A stretch of 64,000 bases of DNA, taken from assembly GCA_013203315.1 (NCBI GenBank), contig JABMQJ010000012.1, forward strand, positions 1-64,000, read 5' to 3'. Made by a program: the position numbers and the translations under genes. The notes under the pieces were generated by a model. It was not told where the DNA came from. It ran no database searches and saw only the letters and a program-made list of their open reading frames with translations. The first letter of the stretch is position 1; every line of letters starts with the position of its first letter. The DNA comes from Candidatus Omnitrophota bacterium (lineage in GTDB: Bacteria; Omnitrophota; Gorgyraeia; JABMRN01; RBG-13-46-9). Of the stretch, positions 22,479 to 31,351 are shown one piece after another.

Positions 22479-23696
22479 ATGAAAATAGCGGATTACGAGA
22501 AATTAGTAGGTAAGGACATAATTTACGAACTGACGCTTCTTGCCAAGAAACTTAAACGAAAGAAGATACAGTGCATAAATTCCACGCGTGTTGGCGGCGG
22601 CGTCGCGGAAATACTTTCCCGGCTCATTCCTCTTTTAAACGATTTGGGAATTGACGCCACATGGGACGTGATAGCCGCGGACACCGATTATTTTAATGTA
22701 ACCAAGGCTTTTCATAATGCCTTGCACGGCAGAAAAGTCGACATCAATCAAAGCATGTTTGATAAGTTTTTGAGCACCGGGAAAAAGATTTTAAAGGATA
22801 CTAAAATATACGGCGATATCGTTTTTGTTCACGATCCGCAGCCAATGATGCTGGTAGATGCGAAGAGCAGGGGAAATAAATGGCTCTGGCGTTGCCATGT
22901 TGATGTCTCGCGGCCTTACCCGGAAGTGTGGGAATTTTTGCGCAAGTACATAGAAAAATATGACAGCTCGATATTTTCAAGCCCAAAGTTTGCCAGTAAG
23001 CTCGATATTCCGCAGTTTTTAGTGGCGCCTTCCATAGATCCTTTTAGCGAAAAAAATAGAGACCTCACTAAAACCGAAATTGACACCGCCCTTGCAAGAT
23101 ACGGCATCGAAAGGGATAAGCCTATAATAACCCAGGTATCAAGATTTGATTATTTAAAGGATCCTGTCGGCGTGATAGATGCGTATAGGCTTGTTAAAAA
23201 ATATATAGATTGCCAGCTTATCTTAGCCGGAAATGAAGCCGCCGATGACCCGGAAATGGACATGGTTTATAAGGATATTATGCAGCACAAGGGCGACGAC
23301 CCGGACATACATGTGCTATTAATAAAACCGGAAAATAACGACCTTGACGTAAATGCCATCCAACGCGCAAGCGCTGTGGTTATCCAGAAATCAATAAGGG
23401 AAGGATTTGCCCTTACCGTAACAGAAGCTCTTTGGAAGGAAAGGCCTGTTGTCGCCTCAGCTGTCGGAGGAATTCCGCTACAGATAAGCCACGGACATAG
23501 CGGCCTTTTATGCCACACAGTCGGAGGAGCAGCCCTCCATATAAGGGAGCTTCTTCATAGCCCCGAGTACGCCAGACAGCTTGGTAAAAACGCCAAAGAG
23601 CATGTCCGGCGTAACTTCTTATCCACCCGCCACTTACGTGATTATATGATGCTCTTCCTCTATCTCTACAACCCCCAGGACATTATTTACCTCTAA
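22479..23696 (+). CDS. treT: Trehalose glycosyltransferring synthase (GT4, TreT family)
   Basis: NSTRVGGGVAEIL, TKAFHNALHG, HDPQP, WRCHVD, QVSRFDYLKDP, QKSIREGFALTVTEALWK. Confidence 0.88.
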   Translation: MKIADYEKLVGKDIIYELTLLAKKLKRKKIQCINSTRVGGGVAEILSRLIPLLNDLGIDATWDVIAADTDYFNVTKAFHNALHGRKVDINQSMFDKFLSTGKKILKDTKIYGDIVFVHDPQPMMLVDAKSRGNKWLWRCHVDVSRPYPEVWEFLRKYIEKYDSSIFSSPKFASKLDIPQFLVAPSIDPFSEKNRDLTKTEIDTALARYGIERDKPIITQVSRFDYLKDPVGVIDAYRLVKKYIDCQLILAGNEAADDPEMDMVYKDIMQHKGDDPDIHVLLIKPENNDLDVNAIQRASAVVIQKSIREGFALTVTEALWKERPVVASAVGGIPLQISHGHSGLLCHTVGGAALHIRELLHSPEYARQLGKNAKEHVRRNFLSTRHLRDYMMLFLYLYNPQDIIYL

Positions 23697-23705
23697 AAAA
23701 AACCG

Positions 23706-23733
23706 TTGCATTTTATTTATAAAGTGGTACAAT
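23706..23733 (+). promoter_or_regulatory. Sigma70-type promoter for leuCDB-asd-truA
   Basis: TTGCAT-16 bp-TACAAT with extended -10 TG; only 10 nt upstream of the ATG. Confidence 0.55.
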
Positions 23734-23743
23734 TACACGCTAT

Positions 23744-25024
23744 ATGGGATATACTATAACTGAAAAAATATTACGGGCGCACATTACCAAGAAATCCATA
23801 AACCCCGGCGATTTCATTAACGCCAAGGTGGATTTTTGCCTGGGAAACGATATAACCGCCCCGATAGCGATTAATGAATTCCGCAGGACAGGCGCAAAAA
23901 AAGTATTCGACAAGACAAGGATCGCCCTCATACCCGACCACTTCACACCTGCAAAGGACCTAAGAAGCGCCAACCAGGCGAAGATGCTCTGTGAATTCGC
24001 AAAAGAGCACAAAATCGAGCATTATTACGAAGTCGGCAGAATGGGCGTCGAGCATGCGCTTTTACCTGAATTAGGATTGGTCCTGCCGGGCAATCTTGTT
24101 GTAGGCGCTGATTCACATACGTGTACTTACGGGGCGCTGGGATGTTTTTCAACGGGTGTGGGTTCAACAGATTTGGCGGCCGCGTTTATAAAAGGAGAAT
24201 GCTGGTTTAAGGTTCCCGAGACGATTAAGTTCGTTTATCACGGAAAGCTAAAAAAGTGGGTAAGCGGTAAGGACCTAATACTCTATACGATCGGCCAGAT
24301 TGGTGTAGACGGGGCGCTTAATAAGGCGATGGAGTTTACCGGGGAAGCGATAAAAGCGCTTCCAATGGATGACAGGTTCAGCATTTGCAATATGGCCATA
24401 GAGGCAGGCGGAAAAAACGGTATTATCGAACCCGACAAAGCTACGGTAAGTTACGTAAATGCCGCTATAAGAAAAAATAAACCGAAAAGGAAAGGTTTTA
24501 AATTATATAAAAGCGACAAAGACGCAAACTACGCGGATGTAAAAGAATTTGATGCCTCAAAAATCGAGCCGCAGGTAAGTTTTCCGCATCTTCCGAGTAA
24601 CGCGAAGCCCGTAACCAAGGCAAAGAATATAAATATTGATCAGGTGGTTATCGGCTCGTGCACAAACGGCAGAATAAGTGATTTAGAAATAGCCGCCAAG
24701 ATTCTAAAGGGAAGAAAAGCAAAGCAAGGCGTGCGGCTTATAATCATACCGGCAACGCAGGCGATTTATCTCGAGGCCGTAAAACTGGGATTTGCAAAGA
24801 CCTTTATTGATGCAGGAGGAGTTTTTTCAACGCCGAGCTGCGGACCGTGTTTGGGAGGGCATCTCGGGATACTCGCAGAAGGCGAACGCGCGATCGCAAC
24901 GACGAATCGGAATTTCGTAGGAAGGATGGGGCACCCTAAATCTGAGGTTTATCTTGCCTCGCCGGCAGTAGCAGCAGCAAGCGCTATCAGGGGACGCATA
25001 GCGCACCCGAAAGAGGTCGTGTAA
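23744..25024 (+). CDS. leuC: 3-isopropylmalate dehydratase large subunit
   Basis: [33 protein letters not shown]; precedes leuD and leuB. Confidence 0.93.
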   Translation: MGYTITEKILRAHITKKSINPGDFINAKVDFCLGNDITAPIAINEFRRTGAKKVFDKTRIALIPDHFTPAKDLRSANQAKMLCEFAKEHKIEHYYEVGRMGVEHALLPELGLVLPGNLVVGADSHTCTYGALGCFSTGVGSTDLAAAFIKGECWFKVPETIKFVYHGKLKKWVSGKDLILYTIGQIGVDGALNKAMEFTGEAIKALPMDDRFSICNMAIEAGGKNGIIEPDKATVSYVNAAIRKNKPKRKGFKLYKSDKDANYADVKEFDASKIEPQVSFPHLPSNAKPVTKAKNINIDQVVIGSCTNGRISDLEIAAKILKGRKAKQGVRLIIIPATQAIYLEAVKLGFAKTFIDAGGVFSTPSCGPCLGGHLGILAEGERAIATTNRNFVGRMGHPKSEVYLASPAVAAASAIRGRIAHPKEVV

Positions 25025-25506
25025 TGAAATACAAAGGCAAAGCGCACAAGTTCGGAGACAACATAAACACCGACGATATCATACCGGCGAAGTATCTAAA
25101 CATACATGACGCCGTAGAGCTCGGTAAGTTCTGCATGGAGCATGTCGATAAGAATTTCGCGAAGAAAGTAAAAAAAGGCGACATTATAGTTGGTGGCAAA
25201 AACTTTGGATGCGGTTCCTCAAGAGAGCATGCGCCTATCGCCATTAAAGGTTGCGGTGTATCGTGCGTCATAGCCGAGACTTTTGCGAGAATTTTTTATA
25301 GAAACGCCATCAATATCGGCCTTCCGGTAGTTACTTCGAGTGAAGCTGCGAAAGGCGTAAAAGAAGGAAACGCAGTAGAAGTTGATACTCATAAAGGCGT
25401 GATTAAAAACATATCGAAGAAGAAAGAATATAAAACAGAGGCGTATCCGCCGTTCCTAGAGAAAATAATCAAAAAGGGCGGATTGCTTAACGCAATTAAG
25501 AGGTAA
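25024..25506 (+). CDS. leuD: 3-isopropylmalate dehydratase small subunit
   Basis: NINTDDIIP, NFGCGSSREHA, ARIFYRNAINIG. Confidence 0.93.
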   Translation: MKYKGKAHKFGDNINTDDIIPAKYLNIHDAVELGKFCMEHVDKNFAKKVKKGDIIVGGKNFGCGSSREHAPIAIKGCGVSCVIAETFARIFYRNAINIGLPVVTSSEAAKGVKEGNAVEVDTHKGVIKNISKKKEYKTEAYPPFLEKIIKKGGLLNAIKR

Positions 25507-25517
25507 AGGAGACACGA

Positions 25518-26564
25518 GTGTACAAAATAGCAGTGATTCCCGGTGACGGCACAGGCCCGGAGGTCGTGCACGAAGGCCTAAAAGTTCTAGAAGCGGTTTC
25601 AAAGAAAACCGGATTCAAGTATGAAAAAATAATGTACGATTTAGGCGGCGAGAGATATAAAAAGACGAAAGAAGTCTTACCTGACTCTGTACTTGAAGAA
25701 TTAAAGAAGGTAGACGTGATATATCTGGGCGCAGTCGGACATCCGGACGTAAAACCGGGCATCCTTGAAAAGGGCCTACTTTTAAAGCTCAGATTCAGTC
25801 TGAAGCAGTATATTAATCTAAGGCCGGTTGTGCTTTATCCCGGTGTCTGGACGCCTCTTAAAGATAAGGGCCCTAAAGATATAGATTTTGTAGTGGTGCG
25901 TGAAAATAACGAGGGGCTTTACGTGGGCGAGGGCGAATTTCAAAATAAGGGAACCAAGGATGAAATTGCAATCCAGGTTTCCCGGAACAGCCGAAAGGGC
26001 GTCGAGAGATGTCTGAGGTATGCTTTTGAATATACCCGAAAACGCAACAAAAGAAAACAACTTACTCTTTGCGGCAAAACCAACGTTTTAACGTATGCAT
26101 TTGATTTGTGGGATAGGACATTTAACGAGCTCGCAAAGGAATACAAGGATATAAAAACCGATTATACACATGTTGACGCTACATGCATGTGGATGGTGAA
26201 GAATCCGGAGTGGTTTGACGTGATCGTGACAGACAACATGTTTGGCGATATCATTACGGATTTAGGCGCGATGATACAGGGCGGCATGGGTATTGCTGCC
26301 GGAGGAAATTTAAATCCCGAAGGCGTCTCCATGTTTGAGCCGATAGGCGGTTCTGCCCCGAAATACACGGGCAAAAATGTAATAAATCCGCTAGCAGCCA
26401 TAGCCGCGCTTTCGATGCTACTGGATGAAATCGGTGAAGAAAAAGCGTCAAAGATGATTGAGGAGTCGATTAAAAAAGTTACTACAAAGATGAAATCTAT
26501 GTCGGCCGGTAAGATGGGGTATTCTACGACAGAAGTCGGCGACTTGGTGGTTAAAAATTTATAG
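25518..26564 (+). CDS. leuB: 3-isopropylmalate dehydrogenase
   Basis: [40 protein letters not shown]; GTG start after AAGGAG. Confidence 0.92.
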   Translation: MYKIAVIPGDGTGPEVVHEGLKVLEAVSKKTGFKYEKIMYDLGGERYKKTKEVLPDSVLEELKKVDVIYLGAVGHPDVKPGILEKGLLLKLRFSLKQYINLRPVVLYPGVWTPLKDKGPKDIDFVVVRENNEGLYVGEGEFQNKGTKDEIAIQVSRNSRKGVERCLRYAFEYTRKRNKRKQLTLCGKTNVLTYAFDLWDRTFNELAKEYKDIKTDYTHVDATCMWMVKNPEWFDVIVTDNMFGDIITDLGAMIQGGMGIAAGGNLNPEGVSMFEPIGGSAPKYTGKNVINPLAAIAALSMLLDEIGEEKASKMIEESIKKVTTKMKSMSAGKMGYSTTEVGDLVVKNL

Positions 26565-26573
26565 AGGCAAACA

Positions 26574-27626
26574 ATGTTAAAGAAAAAAGATAAATATAAT
26601 GTCGCGATAATGGGCGCAACCGGCGCCGTAGGCAGTGAGTTTTTATCAATTCTCGAAGAGAGAAATTTCCCCATTAAGGAGCTCAAGCTTCTGGCATCCG
26701 AGAGATCAAAAGGCAAGAACCTCAAATTTAAGAAGAAAAATTACCCGGTCGAAGTCCTTACCCACAAATCGTTCAAGGGCATAGACATAGTTCTTGCAAG
26801 CGCAGGTGCGTCAAGGAGCCTTGAATTTTTGCCAAGCGCCGTAAAGGCAGGCGCTGTATGTGTAGACAATTCAAGCGCTTTTAGAATGAAAGACGATGTT
26901 CCCCTGGTTGTCCCTGAGGTAAATCCGGATGAAACTTATAGCCACAAAGGTATTATAGCTAACCCGAACTGCTCAACCATACAGGCTGTGGTAGCACTGG
27001 GCCCTTTACATAAACAGGCGAAAATAAAAAGAGTTGTCGCTTCTACTTATCAGTCTGTTTCCGGCGCCGGACAGAAACATATCCTGGAGCTCGAAAAGCA
27101 GGTCGAGACCATCGAAAAGACTGTCGACAACTGGATCGTGGGCCATCACAGCGTGGATAAGTTCTTAATAAAGCAATTCCCGCATCAGATAGCATTCAAT
27201 CTCATTCCCCAGATAGATGTATTTATGGAAAACGCCTACACCAAAGAAGAAATGAAGCTTGTTCATGAAACCAGGAAGATTATGGGCGATCCTTCGATGA
27301 GGATTACCTGCACTTCTATTCGTGTGCCCGTATTCTTTGCCCATTCGGAAAGCATAAATATAGAAACCGAAAAGAAGCTAAGCGCAGACGATGCAAGAAA
27401 AATTCTTTCAAAAGCGCCCGGTATCCGGGTTATAGACGACCCCGCTAAACAAAAATATCCCATGCCTCTTAACGCGGAAGGAAAGAACGAGGTCTTCGTA
27501 GGCCGCATTCGCGAAGACGAGTCAGTCGAAAACGGATTAAACCTCTGGGTTGTCAGTGACAACCTGCGTAAAGGGGCCGCACTTAACACGATCCAGATCG
27601 CGGAACTGCTTATAAAACATGCCTAA
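26574..27626 (+). CDS. asd: Aspartate-semialdehyde dehydrogenase
   Basis: [32 protein letters not shown]. Confidence 0.97.
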   Translation: MLKKKDKYNVAIMGATGAVGSEFLSILEERNFPIKELKLLASERSKGKNLKFKKKNYPVEVLTHKSFKGIDIVLASAGASRSLEFLPSAVKAGAVCVDNSSAFRMKDDVPLVVPEVNPDETYSHKGIIANPNCSTIQAVVALGPLHKQAKIKRVVASTYQSVSGAGQKHILELEKQVETIEKTVDNWIVGHHSVDKFLIKQFPHQIAFNLIPQIDVFMENAYTKEEMKLVHETRKIMGDPSMRITCTSIRVPVFFAHSESINIETEKKLSADDARKILSKAPGIRVIDDPAKQKYPMPLNAEGKNEVFVGRIREDESVENGLNLWVVSDNLRKGAALNTIQIAELLIKHA

Positions 27627-28359
27627 TATTTGCCTTACAATCGCCTATGACGGAACGCGTTACGGCGGTTGGCAAATCCAGAAAAACGCAAAAACAATTC
27701 AAGGTGAGATAGAAAAAGCTCTAAAAAAAATACTTAAAGAGAAAATAAAACTAACCGGAGCCGGCAGGACCGACTCCGGCGTACACGCCAGGGCGCAAGT
27801 CGCAAATTTTAAAACAAAAAAAATTTTTCCTCCCAAAAAGCTCACCGCTGCGCTAAACGCAAACCTCCCGACGGATATTTCAATAGTAAAGATAGAAAAA
27901 GTCCCTTCGGAATTTCATTCGCGTTTCGACGCAAAAAGTAAAATTTATCGGTATACTATTTTAAATACACGCGCGGACGACCCGTTTCTAATTGCTTATT
28001 ACTTTAAAATTCCCCGCAGGTTAGATGTTGCGCTGATGAGAAAAGAGGCAAGTGTTCTAGTGGGGACGCACGACTTCAAATCTTTCCAGGCCAAAGCCAA
28101 TCTGTCACCTGTAAAAAATACACGAAGAAAAATAAAAAAAATAACCATCAAAAGAGAAAAACAATTTATTTATATTGATGTTGAAGGTACGGGATTCTTG
28201 CATAACATGGTTCGTAATATAGCGGGCACCCTTATTGAAGTAGGCAGGGGATACTTTCCGGAAGGCAGCATGAAAAAGATTCTGGCATCTCGCGACCGCC
28301 GGAAAGCCGGCCCCACGGCCCCTGCCAAAGCGCTTTTACTAGTACGGGTTAAATATTAG
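27619..28359 (+). CDS. truA: tRNA pseudouridine(38-40) synthase
   Basis: YDGTRYGGWQ, GRTDSGVHA, GTHDF, FLHNMVR. Confidence 0.97.
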   Translation: MPNICLTIAYDGTRYGGWQIQKNAKTIQGEIEKALKKILKEKIKLTGAGRTDSGVHARAQVANFKTKKIFPPKKLTAALNANLPTDISIVKIEKVPSEFHSRFDAKSKIYRYTILNTRADDPFLIAYYFKIPRRLDVALMRKEASVLVGTHDFKSFQAKANLSPVKNTRRKIKKITIKREKQFIYIDVEGTGFLHNMVRNIAGTLIEVGRGYFPEGSMKKILASRDRRKAGPTAPAKALLLVRVKY

Positions 28360-28368
28360 CCCAATATT

Positions 28369-28397
28369 TTGACTATAATAGATCCGTTATGTATACT
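28369..28397 (+). promoter_or_regulatory. Sigma70-type promoter for the kinase / beta-repeat protein / protease genes
   Basis: TTGACT-17 bp-TATACT. Confidence 0.65.
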
Positions 28398-28427
28398 TAA
28401 GACATAAGTACGAATAGGGCAATGTAA

Positions 28428-29438
28428 ATGAAAAAGAATAAAACACGAAAAAGAAAACCGCGTGAAGATCAAAATAGCTATAAAGTAGTTATTTCTGATT
28501 TAGGCATGAGCCCGTTTCGCATTATGCGCGCCTCTTTTGTGTTAATGGGCATACTTCCGCTTCTTATCATCTTCTACATAATCGTAGGACGCAAATTTCT
28601 TTTTGATATTTTTCTGGGGACCAACGGCCTGATAGCGTTTTTTGCTGTCATGATCTCGCTCATAGGATTTGTGTATGCTTACACTCTTATTGCGAATATG
28701 ATAAGAAAACTAGTCGTGTATTCTGCCGAACGCAAGCAAATAGACGAGGAGAAAACCGAACTACTTCTTGCGGTAAGCCATGATTTAAAAACACCTTTAA
28801 CCATACTTAAAACGGGAATGCGTAATCTCACCGACGGTATCGGTGGGGCTCTAAGCAAGGTTCACGTCGGAGTGGCCGATCACTGCCTTCGCGCCGTGGA
28901 CAGGATAAACCGTTTTATAGATGAACTTTTGGACTTCTCCAAGGTGGGTTTCATGAGAACGAATATAAAGCGCGACCTGATAGACCTCGGCGAAATGGTA
29001 AAGAATGAGGTAGATGCGATGTCTGATCTTGCCAGAGAGAACGGGCAGGATCTTCGGGTTAAGATTGAGGCCAAAGACGCAAAAGTATGGGCTGACGAGA
29101 AAAAAATGTCAAGAGCGGTCATGAATCTTCTTTCCAACGCCATAAAATATACCCCGAAGGGCGGCAAGATTAACGCGACGGTATCCACTGATGAAAATAC
29201 CACGAGATTCACGCTAATAAATACCGGTCCCGGAATTCAGCCAAACGAATTAGATAAAATATTTAAAAAATACGAAAGGCTTGACAGGCATTCCGATGTA
29301 GAAGGCACGGGGCTTGGGCTTTCTATCGTAAAAGAAATAATGGATTTACACAAAGGCCGCCTAACCGTAAAAAGCGAACCCGGCAAAGAGACAGAATTTG
29401 ATCTAATTCTACCCAGAGACTTACGAGAACGAGTATAG
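28428..29438 (+). CDS. Membrane histidine kinase with two closely spaced TM helices and no extracytoplasmic sensor
   Basis: SHDLKTP H-box, NLLSNAIKYT, NTGPGI (G1 Asp replaced by Asn), GTGLGL. Confidence 0.9.
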   Translation: MKKNKTRKRKPREDQNSYKVVISDLGMSPFRIMRASFVLMGILPLLIIFYIIVGRKFLFDIFLGTNGLIAFFAVMISLIGFVYAYTLIANMIRKLVVYSAERKQIDEEKTELLLAVSHDLKTPLTILKTGMRNLTDGIGGALSKVHVGVADHCLRAVDRINRFIDELLDFSKVGFMRTNIKRDLIDLGEMVKNEVDAMSDLARENGQDLRVKIEAKDAKVWADEKKMSRAVMNLLSNAIKYTPKGGKINATVSTDENTTRFTLINTGPGIQPNELDKIFKKYERLDRHSDVEGTGLGLSIVKEIMDLHKGRLTVKSEPGKETEFDLILPRDLRERV

Positions 29439-29462
29439 CGATAGCAGAAAGGCTATCTCCAT

Positions 29463-30473
29463 ATGGAAAGGGTAAGATACCAGATAGACCCGCATAATAG
29501 GCTCGTTATCCGGAAAGCTGCCAGAAAAACACCCCTTCCGTATTTTAGAAAAGTCCTGACAGGCCGTTTTAAAATCGATAACGATAATGAGCTCACCTAC
29601 CACGTAAAAACTCCCGTCCCGCATGGCAAAAATATTCCTCATCAGGTAAAGCTAAGAGGGCAATGGTCAGTAACAGATGATCATAATCTCCGTCTTACTT
29701 TTGACAAATGGGGAAGGGAGACTTTCGGCGATCGGCTTACCATAAAAGGCGATATCGTAGACACGAGTAAAAATTCATTCCTCTTTGCAATCACTACAAA
29801 AACAAAAGAAAATACCCGCTCAACATATATACTTAGACTTCAAGGGGTATGGCAGGCCGATAAAAATAACCGTCTTACATTTAGGATAACAAAGGAGGAT
29901 GGTAGGCATGATATTCTGGTATTAGACGGTATCTGGGAAATAAATAAAAACTATCAGATTATTTATAAATACGAAAAGGCGCATCTTGTAAGAAAACGAA
30001 AAAAACTTCACACCCTTATTTTTAAGGGCTATTGGGATATCTCCGGAAAAAAGCGTATATCATATATAATTGACGCAAAATCCGGTTCCGTGTTTAACTT
30101 TAAAACCGGCCTTGACATATTCAGGGCCGGTTATGTAAAATATGAACTAGGTGTAAAGCTCTCATACAGCCCTAAACCGGTTAAGCGCAAGATTACTCTT
30201 TCCGGTGCCTGGAAGATTAAGAGAAATCTAGGGCTTGTATTCGAAATGGCATACAAAAATCAAAAACTTCACGCCATAATTTTCGGCGCCGAAGCAAGAT
30301 TGACGGCAAGAGATATGGTATCTTTCAGGCTTAGAAATGAATTAAATAAAGACATGGGCGTAACCTTAAAGCTGTCGCATAAAATATTAAAAGGGGACGG
30401 CGAGGCTTTTTTAAAATTACTTAGGTCGAAAAAAGAATGCGCCGTATTAGCAGGTTCGGGGTGGAAATGGTAA
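29463..30473 (+). CDS. Hypothetical basic protein built of about 10 beta-hairpin repeats
   Basis: Long ORF with RBS AGAAAGG; repeated (L/I)-x-(L/F)-x-G-x-W-x-I-x3-N-x-L-x-(F/Y) units; C-terminal Trp; no signal peptide. Confidence 0.8.
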   Translation: MERVRYQIDPHNRLVIRKAARKTPLPYFRKVLTGRFKIDNDNELTYHVKTPVPHGKNIPHQVKLRGQWSVTDDHNLRLTFDKWGRETFGDRLTIKGDIVDTSKNSFLFAITTKTKENTRSTYILRLQGVWQADKNNRLTFRITKEDGRHDILVLDGIWEINKNYQIIYKYEKAHLVRKRKKLHTLIFKGYWDISGKKRISYIIDAKSGSVFNFKTGLDIFRAGYVKYELGVKLSYSPKPVKRKITLSGAWKIKRNLGLVFEMAYKNQKLHAIIFGAEARLTARDMVSFRLRNELNKDMGVTLKLSHKILKGDGEAFLKLLRSKKECAVLAGSGWKW

Positions 30474-31207
30474 CTAAGCTTGCCGCAGCGGTAATCGTCG
30501 TTATGCTAACCTACGCGCCAAGTATAATTGCCGATACAATTATACTTAAAAATGGCGAAGAAATAGTAGGAAACGTGGTTAGTGAATCCGGCGAAGGTGT
30601 AGTAGTAAGCAAACAGGGCGGAAGCTTTGTATATTCAATTTCAAAAAATAGAATAAAAAACATAAGAAAATCAACCCCGGGGGAAGAAGCCTGGCAGGAG
30701 AAAAAAGAGGGGCGTTTCTACAAAACGGATAAGAAAAATATTTCCGAACAAAAAAGCAAGTGGAAAGAATACCGTTTATCGGAATACAAAAAAGAAGTGA
30801 TTGCAGCAGATCGTGCCCAGGGCAGAATGCGCGTTCATTTTACGAATAATAAATTTGGCGTTGTGGATGTGGTTCTGAATGATAAAATAAGGGCCTCGCT
30901 TTTCGTTGACACGGGTGCTAGTTTTGTATCGATTTCCGAGAAAACAGCCGGAGACCTAAAGATTGACTTAGGGTCGCTTCCGAAGATCAAGCTTATACTC
31001 GCAAACGGAAGCGAGGTAGAGGGGTATTCTACTACGCTCGATTCAGTCGAAGTCGGCAATGCCCGCATCGAAAATGTTAAAATCGCTATACACAAGATGT
31101 CTGACTCCGGCAAGGTAGACGGCCTCCTCGGCATGTCCTTCCTGAAGCACTTCCACGTAAAACTTGATTCACAAGAGAACTGTCTCATCCTCGAAAAATA
31201 CCAGTAA
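30467..31207 (+). CDS. Exported clan AA (retropepsin-like) aspartyl protease
   Basis: Signal-peptide-like N-terminus, DTIILKNG small domain, catalytic VDTGAS, ANGS flap, GLLGMSFL. ATG 30467 overlaps the upstream stop. Confidence 0.85.
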   Translation: MVTKLAAAVIVVMLTYAPSIIADTIILKNGEEIVGNVVSESGEGVVVSKQGGSFVYSISKNRIKNIRKSTPGEEAWQEKKEGRFYKTDKKNISEQKSKWKEYRLSEYKKEVIAADRAQGRMRVHFTNNKFGVVDVVLNDKIRASLFVDTGASFVSISEKTAGDLKIDLGSLPKIKLILANGSEVEGYSTTLDSVEVGNARIENVKIAIHKMSDSGKVDGLLGMSFLKHFHVKLDSQENCLILEKYQ

Positions 31208-31236
31208 TTCGAACACTCCTTTTTCTGCGCACAAAT

Positions 31237-31265
31237 TTGACAAAAGTTAGTTCCTAATGTATACT
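31237..31265 (+). promoter_or_regulatory. Sigma70-type promoter upstream of cheR and the pilus locus
   Basis: TTGACA-17 bp-TATACT. Confidence 0.7.
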
Positions 31266-31351
31266 TATTGAGTTCAGGATATTTGTTGAGTTTTAGATAT
31301 AAAGGACACCACAATATTAACTCATAATATTAATATCATAATACTAAGTAA

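Noticed and set aside
29463-31207. Gasdermin-plus-protease defence pair
   Set aside because: No gasdermin-like features are recognisable, and the protease is an exported clan AA enzyme while the repeat protein has no signal peptide.
31266-31351. c-di-GMP riboswitch in the leader of the signalling-pilus operon
   Set aside because: The leader is very AT-rich and lacks the GEMM stems and GNRA tetraloop/receptor.
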